A stretch of 63,320 nucleotides of DNA, filler included, from Octopus bimaculoides (lineage: Eukaryota): the NCBI RefSeq assembly GCF_001194135.2. It is 7 parts of 6 records of this genome, joined end to end, with 100 filler letters (N's around TTAATTAATTAA, not from the genome) between each part and the next. Parts side by side here need not be neighbours in the genome. Positions count along the whole stretch, not along the records: positions 33,678 to 56,801 come from NC_068984.1; 6 more parts are not named here. The stretch is one strand, 5' to 3'. A program made the translations under genes and the position numbers. Shown piece after piece: positions 38,761-49,608 of the stretch; positions within the stretch are counted from its first letter, which is position 1; every line of letters begins with the position of its first letter. The notes below the pieces were generated by a model. The model was not told the origin of the DNA and did not search any database. It saw only the letters and a program-made list of their open reading frames with translations.

Positions 38761-39253
38761 CTACACATATACATACATACATACATACATACATACATAC
38801 ATACATACATACGTACGTACATACATACATACATACATACATACATACAATTTTTTTTGTCTTATATTTATTTTGTAAGCAAATAATACAATATTTCATA
38901 CGCATCTTATAAGCATTTTACAATGTTTCTTTCTTTTCTGGAAACTCGCCGCGTACCGGCAGCACCGGTTCGCGAACCGCCACATTGAGAAGAACTGCTA
39001 TAGTTAACACACCCTACAGAAATTCAAGCCGAACATTAACCGATATCATCCTCTCCGATCAAAAAGGAGTCGTCCGCTAAGTTCTTGCGTACTGTACTTC
39101 ACGCATGTCCGAAATGTAAACAACAACGCGCTTATCACAGGTGTCATTTACCAAGAAAATGATAATCTGATATCCTTTACTCATATATACTTACACTGTG
39201 CGACACATATACACGCCATTGCATTTCATTCGCAGTAAAACCACAGACAAACA

Positions 39254-39313
<60 letters not shown>

Positions 39314-39709
39314 GCATTGCACACATATACACACACTCTGTCTAATCTATGTATACACACACACACACACACACACAAGAGATTAAAATCTATTAAAAGT
39401 ACTTTTTTTTTTATTTTGCAAATTTCCTGTCTCAAATTTCAGATGTCACCTAACGTCTCATAAAAACAGTCCAGTAAACAAAAAAATTATGATAAATTTA
39501 ACTCTTTTCTAAGTCATGAGACTTCCCGTCAGTAAATTTTCTGATTCTTATACCAGTTTTAAACTTATAACCTCAATTTGACATTCACATCTTCCGCCAA
39601 GAGTAGCTAATGAAGAATTAGTTTAGAAAACTGTCGATTTGTTAAGCTAATTTTTGAAGTTCATCTGAATTCCTCAAGTCAGAGATATCCATCACCTTTT
39701 GATGCTTAC

Positions 39710-39767
39710 CTTGGACTTGTGTAATGGATATACCCGCTATCAACAGCAGTGCAACTGGTAACTTCAT
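39710..39767 (-). CDS. GH18 chitinase-like gene, first coding exon (signal peptide MKLPVALLLIAGISITQVQ-G)
   Basis: ATG at 39767, preceded by polypyrimidine/AG acceptors (39769-70, 39775-76). 58 nt encode a hydrophobic signal-peptide-like stretch, then CAAG|GTAAGC donor. The phase 1 end matches the next exon (G|GA = Gly). Confidence 0.85.
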
Positions 39768-40244
39768 ACTGAAACTGAAATACATAAAAAACATAAGAGA
39801 AGAAATATTACAACAGTTATAAGCAATAAAATTGCAACTAAAATACTATTAAAACAAATGACAAACACAAAAGTAGAAAGAACATTATTGTTCATCTGAT
39901 GCTAGTTACCTGATAGGGGAATGATGCGGGTGTGCAGAGAGACGGCATTTATCTACTTTTTTCAGTTCACAGACATCGAGAAGGGCTTACCTTGTTTAAC
40001 CCACCATCCTTCCTTATAAGCTGCAGCCTCATGAATTTTAGCGTATGCCTACTCCCCATAGACGTATTTCTATTATTTTGTATTACTGCTGTCAAAATAA
40101 ACTAACTTTGACTATGTTCTGTGTAATTCTAACAATATTTTGTTATCCTATCAGTAAGCAAAGTTTTGGAACCTGAAATTCATCACAATATATTTCAGCA
40201 ATGCGGAAATTTAATTCATCAAAGTAAGTACTATTACAATCAAC

Positions 40245-40550
40245 ACATTTTTGCTAACGAGTTACAAGTTTGTTTATTCCGGTAACATAAAAATCTGGAA
40301 TTCTGGAGCTGATGAACTCTTTGAATGCACTTTTAGTATCGGTTTGATTTTTGAACTCCTTTTCTCGCAGGAAACCACCAAGGTGCTTGAAAAAGTGGTA
40401 GTCGGTAGGAGAAAGGTCTGAGGAATTAGCTGGATGGGGAAGAACTTCGTAGCCAAGTTGCCTCAATTTCTGGAGTGTCATAAGTGAAACATGTGGTCAA
40501 ACACTGTCATGAAAAATGATTGACCCTCTTCTGTTGACCAGTCTTAGGAT
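40245..40550 (-). mobile_element. Mariner (DD34D) transposase C-terminal fragment
   Basis: IIFHDSV*PHVSLMTLQKLRQLGYEVLPHPANSSDLSPTDYHFFKHL. I count 34 residues between the second and third catalytic Asp. Confidence 0.9.
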
Positions 40551-40559
40551 ATTGTTTTG

Positions 40560-41346
40560 AAGACACCTACATCCACACCACGCTGGTTTCTCAGGCAATT
40601 TGGGAGGATACTGGAGAGCTGTAAGCCCTTGAAACCAAAGCTATTGCAGTATCTGGTCCTGTATTTGGATGGCAATGTTGTTTGTATAACTGTCAATGCC
40701 AAAGTTTGGTACAAGACCTTCAAGGATCTTCCAGATGTATATAACTACATATCTGTTCCATCCTCGTTCTAAGGAGTGGAGTAATAACTTTTTCAGCCTT
40801 TCCCAGTAAATATATCGGATCAGCCAGTATATCTTTCAAACGTCGCTTCCGCAACCACCAGTCATCCTTCAGAGTCCCAGAAAGACGGCTTGTCACATCT
40901 CTGGCCCCTCAAAGATCAAGGGACCCTATGTGATATCAGGGGGAAAATAATAAATCATCCAGGCCCATATGTTAATGGGAGTGGCCGTTGCAAAATCTGC
41001 ATCACGGAGAGATCCAAAATTCTTAAGGACTTTACTAAACCTGGCGCGTTAAATAGTCGTAAAGAAGTTTTTTGTAAGTGTCCACTTCAAGTGCTTTCTA
41101 CTTGAAAATTGGATCTCTCCGTTTGCTGATTAGACTTTTTCGGGTCTATAAGGGTTGTTTTATCCTCTGCTTCAGAGGAGATAACCCGTCCTTATTAACG
41201 CTTTTATATGTCAAGACTTAAATCTCGATTTCTGAGCGTTTCCTCACGTCCGCGACGTAGAAAGTTTAATTCTTTTGTCGTTGTATAAAGTCTGACGAGC
41301 TGTCCACAAGACTTTGGCTTTGTGGATACGAAACCTTTGGTAACTC
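40560..41346 (+). mobile_element. Penelope-like element 3' fragment with GIY-YIG endonuclease remnant
   Basis: KYIGSASISFKRRFRNHQSSF (YIG at 40811-40819), a frameshift, then SHLWPLKDQG...RCKICITERSKI...LNSRKEVFCKC, stop at 41103-41105. A hammerhead motif follows downstream. Confidence 0.8.
41288..41345 (+). ncRNA. Type I hammerhead ribozyme motif at the Penelope 3' end
   Basis: AGT CTGACGA G(c)TGTCCACAA...TTGTGGATA C GAAA CC TTT GG T A ACT. The core is at 41292-41298, stem II is about 10 bp, GAAA is at 41330-41333, stem III has a 3-nt loop, the triplet is GUA (cleavage after 41342) and stem I is 3 bp. Confidence 0.75.
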
Positions 41347-41554
41347 TATTCTATTCTTTTATTCTTTTATTTGTTTCAGGCCATGCTGGGGCACCACCTT
41401 TAGTCGAAAAAAATCAACCTTAGGACTTATTCTTTGTAAGCCTAGTACTTCTTCTATCGATCCCCTTTGCCGAACCGATAATTTACGGGGATGTAAACAC
41501 ACCAACATCGGTTGTCAAGTGATGGAGGGGGACAGACACAGACATACAAACATG

Positions 41555-41601
<47 letters not shown>

Positions 41602-42034
41602 NNNNNNNNNNNNNNNNNNNNNNNNNNNNNNNNNNNNNNNNNNNNNNNNNNNNNNNNNNNNNNNNNNNNNNNNNNNNNNNNNNNNNNNNNNNNNNNNNNN
41701 NNNNNNNNNNNNNNNNNNNNNNNNNNNNNNNNNNNNNNNNNNNNNNNNNNNNNNNNNNNNNNNNNNNNNNNNNNNNNNNNNNNNNNNNNNNNNNNNNNNN
41801 NNNNNNNNNNNNNNNNNNNNNNNNNNNNNNNNNNNNNNNNNNNNNNNNNNNNNNNNNNNNNNNNNNNNNNNNNNNNNNNNNNNNNNNNNNNNNNNNNNNN
41901 NNNNNNNNNNNNNNNNNNNNNNNNNNNNNNNNNNNNNNNNNNNNNNNNNNNNNNNNNNNNNNNNNNNNNNNNNNNNNNNNNNNNNNNNNNNNNNNNNNNN
42001 NNNNNNNNNNNNNNNNNNNNNNNNNNNNNNNNNN

Positions 42035-42071
<37 letters not shown>

Positions 42072-44159
42072 CATATGCACATACATGCATTCATACATGT
42101 ATGTGTATAGACCATACACACACACACACACACTCACTATTCATTTCAAATCTGCAGACGTTTCAATGTTGACTGCACATAGATTAATATGCATATGTAT
42201 AGGAATTAGATACGTGCTTTAAAAGTATGTGTATACATATGTCTGTACACAGTTTTAAAGTACTTGTGTGTTTGGTGTTTATGTGTGTTCGTGTGTGTGT
42301 ATGTGTGTATAATTCAAATAAGTTGACCTAGGAACAGGTTGACAGAACTTTAATGTCACGGTTGTATAGCCACTGAAAGGCAAAATATCTACGTGAAAAA
42401 TTGTGTAATGGCTGCGGCTTTCAGGAGTATAGACAAGTCACGAGCTCGGTTTGAATACTGCGTTGTAAATGTTCGTTTTTCAGGACCTTTATACATATAT
42501 ATATATATGACGAAGGGAAATAGCCCTGAAACTCGAGTCGCCTTTATATATTTATATTTATATATTTGATCCTTTATATTGAACACTCAATATTTCATCT
42601 ACATTCAATACTTTCTTTCATGGTGCCATACATTTTTATTTTATTTTATTTTATATTATATATTGTATATTATATTATATATTGTATATTCCATATTCTA
42701 TACCCCACATTGGTTCTGCAGGAATATAAATAGAACATAAAAAACAGACAGTGTTGGAACTCTTTTAAACAAAATAATATATATATATATATGTGTGTNN
42801 NNNNNNNNNNNNNNNNNNNNNNNNNNNNNNNNNNNNNNNNNNNNNNNNNNNNNNNNNNNNNNNNNNNNNNNNNNNNNNNNNNNNNNNNNNNNNNNNNNNN
42901 NNNNNNNNNNNNNNNNNNNNNNNNNNNNNNNNNNNNNNNNNNNNNNNNNNNNNNNNNNNNNNNNNNNNNNNNNNNNNNNNNNNNNNNNNNNNNNNNNNNN
43001 NNNNNNNNNNNNNNNNNNNNNNNNNNNNNNNNNNNNNNNNNNNNNNNNNNNNNNNNNNNNNNNNNNNNNNNNNNNNNNNNNNNNNNNNNNNNNNNNNNNN
43101 NNNNNNNNNNNNNNNNNNNNNNNNNNNNNNNNNNNNNNNNNNNNNNNNNNNNNNNNNNNNNNNNNNNNNNNNNNNNNNNNNNNNNNNNNNNNNNNNNNNN
43201 NNNNNNNNNNNNNNNNNNNNNNNNNNNNNNNNNNNNNNNNNNNNNNNNNNNNNNNNNNNNNNNNNNNNNNNNNNNNNNNNNNNNNNNNNNNNNNNNNNNN
43301 NNNNNNNNNNNNNNNNNNNNNNNNNNNNNNNNNNNNNNNNNNNNNNNNNNNNNNNNNNNNNNNNNNNNNNNNNNNNNNNNNNNNNNNNNNNNNNNNNNNN
43401 NNNNNNNNNNNNNNNNNNNNNNNNNNNNNNNNNNNNNNNNNNNNNNNNNNNNNNNNNNNNNNNNNNNNNNNNNNNNNNNNNNNNNNNNNNNNNNNNNNNN
43501 NNNNNNNNNNNNNNNNNNNNNNNNNNNNNNNNNNNNNNNNNNNNNNNNNNNNNNNNNNNNNNNNNNNNNNNNNNNNNNNNNNNNNNNNNNNNNNNNNNNN
43601 NNCCGATCTATATATATCCGACGGGCGTCTTTCTGTTTCTGTCGGCGAAATCCTCTCACAAGGATTTGGTTGGCCTGAGACGATAGTAGATGACATTCGC
43701 CCAAGGTGCCACGCAGTAGGAGTGACCCGGGACCATGTGGTTAGTAAGCAAGCTTCTTACCACACAGCTACTCCTGCATATATATAAGACGTTTTCATAA
43801 ACTTCGAGACGGTGTAAAATCAGTTTGTTTGTTTGTTTTTGTTTTTTATTTCTTTTGTGAGGAGAAAATGGATTTCGAAATAAACAGAGTTATAAATAAA
43901 AGCGTTTAATAATAGAAAATATGGATGAACACATGACAGGCGTTCTGCCGTTGGACCACAGCAATTCTCTCGAATTTCTCTATCCATTTTAGATTTTTTT
44001 ATTCAAATGTAGTTAAACGTCATGAGAACTTTCAGAAACTTCGAGAGAATGTGAAATAATTCCTTTTTTGGAACGACAGATTTGAACGCAAGCACGCACA
44101 CACACACATACACACACAAACACACACACACAGACACACACACTCATACNNNNNNNNNN

Positions 44160-44195
<36 letters not shown>

Positions 44196-44470
44196 TGTGT
44201 GTGTGTGATATTGGTAATTAGTAGGGGATTTCTCCAAATGTTTGGTTGTTTGCTCACAGTTAGGTATTCAAAATAGGTCATTCACTGGTTAGTATATAAA
44301 TCCAGTAATAATTCTCATATGATAAGAATTCAGAGATAAATATTCTGTTGTATTATTCTAAATATAATGCCTGTAACCATACAGGTTTCCTGGATCATTT
44401 AACATAAATAGTAATAATAATAATAACAATAACAATAATAATAATAATAACAATAATAATGATGATAATG

Positions 44471-44511
<41 letters not shown>

Positions 44512-47500
44512 GAATAATAAGGATTATTTTGAAGTAGTATTAGCATTACCTTTAATTCCTTTTGATATATATATACAGCCTCAAATAGACCTACATTTGT
44601 TTCTCCAGCATCGATTAGTAATCGTTGCAATCGCAAACTTACTATAACACCGGTGCAGTTATATATATTCTTTTATTATTTTATTTGTTTCAGTCATTTG
44701 ACTGCGTCCATGCTGGAGCACCGCCTTTAGTCGAACAAATCGACCCCAGGACTTATTCTTTTGTAAACCTAGTACTTATTCTATCGGTCTCTCTTTGCCG
44801 AACCACCAAGTTTCGGGGAAGTAAACACACCAACATGGGTTTTCAAACGACGGTCGGGGGACAAACACAGACACACACACTCATACATATACACACGCTC
44901 ACAAGCAGACTCACACTGACACATGCACAAACACATACACGCCTACACACATATTTATATCCTTGAAAGAAAGAAAGANNNNNNNNNNNNNNNNNNNNNN
45001 NNNNNNNNNNNNNNNNNNNNNNNNNNNNNNNNNNNNNNNNNNNNNNNNNNNNNNNNNNNNNNNNNNNNNNNNNNNNNNNNNNNNNNNNNNNNNNNNNNNN
45101 NNNNNNNNNNNNNNNNNNNNNNNNNNNNNNNNNNNNNNNNNNNNNNNNNNNNNNNNNNNNNNNNNNNNNNNNNNNNNNNNNNNNNNNNNNNNNNNNNNNN
45201 NNNNNNNNNNNNNNNNNNNNNNNNNNNNNNNNNNNNNNNNNNNNNNNNNNNNNNNNNNNNNNNNNNNNNNNNNNNNNNNNNNNNNNNNNNNNNNNNNNNN
45301 NNNNNNNNNNNNNNNNNNNNNNNNNNNNNNNNNNNNNNNNNNNNNNNNNNNNNNNNNNNNNNNNNNNAGTTAAACGTCATGAGAACTTTCAGAAACTTCG
45401 AGAGAATGTGAAATAATTCCTTTTTTGGAACGACAGATTTGAACGCAAGCACGCACACACACACATACACACACAAACACACACACACAGACACACACAC
45501 TCATACATATACACACGCTCACAAGCAGACTCACACTGACACATGCACAAACACATACACGCCTACACACATATTTATATCCTTGAAAGAAAGAAAGAAA
45601 GAAAGAAAGAAAGACTAAGAGAAGATTGGTGCAGGTGTACCTTAGACAAATTTATTGTCACGCTTTTGTAATACTAGAGATAGCTTCAGGTCAAATGTAC
45701 GGGATAAAGTATTAGACTTTTCAAATCATATCAGATATCAGTGAAATAATAAGTGCAGAGGAAATCAACTGAACCAGAAACAGACCTATATTCTTTTATA
45801 TTTCTTCCAATAACAATGAGCAATATGTTTATTTAGGTCACCTCTTTCTTATGGATTCTTTATATAGATGCCTCATCAATTTTCCGGCAATTAGCGTTCC
45901 AGCATTTTGATGATCCGTAAATAGGTATGAGCAATGTTTCTCTATACAATGGTGTCTGGTTTGGGCATAGAGCAAGACATTTTGAAAGAAGCGGGTTAGC
46001 CGATACCATCGATCCAGTACTTGACTGGTACTTTGTTTCATCGACCTTCGAGAGATGAAAGGCAAAACTGACCTCTGCAAGATTCGAAATCAGAACGTGA
46101 AGAAGTGGAACAAGTAACGTCTTATTTTATTTTTGTGATTTTTTTTTTTAGGCACAAAGTCAACAGTTTTATGGAGAATTACCTCAGATTTTTTAGGATA
46201 AGAGATTTCTCTGCAAGCCTACATTTCTCCTGAACAGGACGCCAGTTCCTTCCATGGTTACACATTTACAGCTGAGTGGACTGGAGCAACGCGAAATGAA
46301 GTGTTTTGTTCAAGAACACAACGCGTCTCCCAGTCCAGGAATCGAAATCACAATTTTACGATCATGAGTCCAACACCCTAACCACTGGAACACGCACCTT
46401 CTCGTATATATGTGGCGTGCTAATTAGGTTTTATGGTGGGTTGCTATCGGATGGTGTTTTGGAGGCCATTTTGTTGATTAAGTTTAAGGTTATGTAATTG
46501 TTTACAATTTATTCATATACGTAAAACCTTCTAAGCAAGTGTGCATATTTAGGAGTGTCCTTTTTGTTAGGTATGTACAGGATATGTTAGCTTTTTGTAT
46601 TTACTTTTGGTTTTATTGGATTTAATCCTTTCCTTTGATGATGTCATAGTCTAAGGCACAGAGTTTATTATTTAAAATCTTAGTTATTGGGTGTGTCAAC
46701 TTTTTTGTAATTTTTTAGGAGTTCATAAAGATTGTACGTAGCGAGCGAGTATGATTTAGCTCTAGGTTTCTCAACCATTTTTTAATCTATGGACCTCTTT
46801 GATTACTGTTTTATTCTGGTGGGCCCCCATTGCTATTAAACGTTTAATAACTAGTTTTATAGAAACTTCTTTCAAGATTCCTGTTTGGTTTTTTCCCATA
46901 ACATCTATATACGTACAAGTGATAGCCAGGATCTGTACATATGTTTCATGAGGACAACCCTCAGATTAAAATCTCTTCTGTATACTATATCAGCTTAAAA
47001 GTCGCCCTCAATGCAAACCTTTGAGCTAGATCCTGCGGAGGGCTAACTGAGCTTGGGCCCAAAACTAAAGAGAGCTAAATAGCATTACTATACGTCAATA
47101 ATGACTATATTCCCCGGTGGTGTTTGATCAGAGGTTAAAGACAGATGAGAATTAATTCTGTAATACAATCATTATATCGTTCTAGTCCCAAATTGAATTT
47201 CAACTGTTGGCCAATCTGTCCCAAAATTCTTATCTCGACGTAAAATTAACGAAGTGAATGGCATTTATCTCCCCCTTGATCTTTGACGTCATCTGACAAA
47301 TGCCAACCAAAAGGGCATGGATCAGCCAAGCATTACCTGCTAGAAATAGCAACCCAAATGCTTTTAAATAAGATCCCAATGCTGGATCTTCAAGAACCAA
47401 ATGAAGGATAGATTTTTCAATCCTGGGATCATCCTAATTCCCAAAAGATATATGTCTAAGTAGAGCAAATATAGACTGAGATACAGGGGTCCCAGGTGGA

Positions 47501-47559
47501 CAGACAGAATTTCACGTTTATTAATATAGATGTGCGTGTGTGTGTGTGTGTGTGTGTGA

Positions 47560-47620
<61 letters not shown>

Positions 47621-47798
47621 TGTGCGTGCGTGCATGTATGTATGTATCCGTATATTACTTTCATTCCCATACTTGCCTGTAAACAAGTGAGAGATCCGGT
47701 TTGATCGTATAAGAAATATGTCTATTTAACTCAATGAAATTTCAAAATAGACATTGAATATGTGTGTAGGTGGTATCATAATGTTCCCGAACTATTTA

Positions 47799-48665
47799 TC
47801 TATTATATAAAAGATAATGTCTGAGTGTTCGTGTGTCTGTGTGTTACTTATAGACTCGAAAATTACTGGACAGATCCTAATGAAATTTGGAACACAAAAT
47901 CAAGCCTAGGGAGAAAGGTAATGTCGTATGTTGTTTCATACAATTTTGAGGGGAACAGAAAAGGAACAGAACCCCCCGTGAAAATTCATATGCTTCAGAT
48001 TTTGATGAAATTTGAACCAGAGATATTAGAAATAAATTTTAAAATATACCCAAAATTTCCATTTCTTTGGATGATTCTAAGACCTCCCTAATGGCGGCTT
48101 AACCTCCAAATTTTAGTCATTTTTCATGGACGAAAATTACTGAATGGATGCTTATAATATATGGAACTTAGGTTCAATGCATAAGGGCGGGTATAAAGCA
48201 GTAAGTTTGGTTTGAATTTGAGGGGGCTTAAAGTAGCAGAACCCCCATGAAAATTCATAAATATCCGATGTTGATGAAATTTCAACCATAGATAATTGAC
48301 ACAAATCAAGGAGTATTCCCAAAGTTTCCTCATGAGGATTCTAAAACTCCCTAAAGGGAGCCTTAACTCCCAAAGTTTAGTCATTTGTTTATGATCCAAA
48401 ACAAGGTCAAAAGTACTGAATGGATCTTTATGAAATTTGTAAATTACATTCTATGCATAAGGGCGGATGTAATGCAGTATTTGTTTGTAAGTGGGGGCAG
48501 GGGGGGTATAAATGAGGCCATAACCCCCATGAAAATTCATATATTTTTGCTGTTGATGAAATTTTAACCACAGATACAAATGAATATTCCTAAAATTTCA
48601 ACTTCTATTGGAGGCTTAAACCCCACAATGGAGGCTTGAACCCCACAATTTAGTCATTTTTCGTA
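47799..48665 (+). mobile_element. Non-autonomous Helitron/HINE (DINE-1-like) element with internal ~270-280-bp tandem repeats
   Basis: Starts TCTATTATATAAAAG followed by a GT-rich block. Recurring gat.ttgatgaaattt motifs, and CCCCC(A/G)TGAAAATTCAT at about 47972, 48242 and 48524. I could not identify a 3' terminus. Confidence 0.55.
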
Positions 48666-49240
48666 AGCCAAGACGAATACAATTGTAGTCTTGGAAGCTG
48701 TAGAATCACCCGAGGATACAAGATGAGCGTTATTTGTAATTCAATGGTACAACAGTGTAAGAGTTTGCTTTGAGATATACTTAGATTGTGATTTCTGCAA
48801 TGTAGTGCATAAATTGTCAAGTAAAGGAGAGGCATCTTTGCCTCCACTGTTTCAGTTGAAAAGTGTTATTTTGAGTAAAGTTATTTGGTTGCAGATCTCC
48901 TTTGAGTCATTTTATTATCACTGGGGCAGAGATAGTCCCCAGATGATAACATTGATTTCAAGGCCTTTCCAGACAAGTGATTGGTCATTCAAAGAGACTT
49001 ATTGATTGCAAATTTATTCTGTTCAGTTACCTATCGGCATAGTGATCATTGGCAAACTCCAGAGGTGATACTTTCATTTCCCCTTAGCCCTCACGTCACA
49101 CAGTAGCACGCCAACGTGCTACAGAACTAGATATTTGAATAACCCACAAACGGCTATTTCAAAATATAACGTTTCACACACACACACACACATTGAAACT
49201 GAGAGTTCTAATGTGTGTGTGTATGTGTGTGTCTGTGTGA

Positions 49241-49388
49241 TTTATTAGAAGTTTGATTCGGTTCGGCTCAACTTAAGGTTTTGTGAGCTCGTAAAACGGA
49301 CCTAGGTAACCTAAGCCTGACGAACTAGGTTCGTTTTATGAGTCTACCAAACTTTAAGTTGCATAGATCCGAATCAAACTGTTATTAA
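49241..49388. mobile_element. Palindromic MITE-like element
   Basis: Imperfect ~65-bp inverted arms (49241-49305 and 49324-49388) around a short spacer. Confidence 0.6.
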
Positions 49389-49394
49389 AATAAT

Positions 49395-49608
49395 CCTTTC
49401 TACTATAGGCCCAATGCCTGAAATTATTGAGAGGGGGATATTCGAATACATCGACCCCTGTGCGCAACTGGTACTTATTTCGTCGAGCCGAAAGAATGAA
49501 AGGCAAAGTAGACCTCGGCGGAATTTGAACTCAGAACGTAGCGGCAGACGAAATACTGCTAAGCATTTCGCCCGGCGAGCTAATGATTCTGCCAGCTCGC
49601 TGCCTTAG
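49395..49608 (-). mobile_element. SINE family A with 16-bp TSD
   Basis: CTGTTATTAAAATAAT at 49379-49394 and 49609-49624. Confidence 0.9.

Noticed and set aside
44013-45600. Direct duplication of 44013-44148 and 44880-44978 at 45369-45600
   Set aside because: Identical sequence on either side of N gaps is most simply redundant contig ends. The same applies to 59950-60030.
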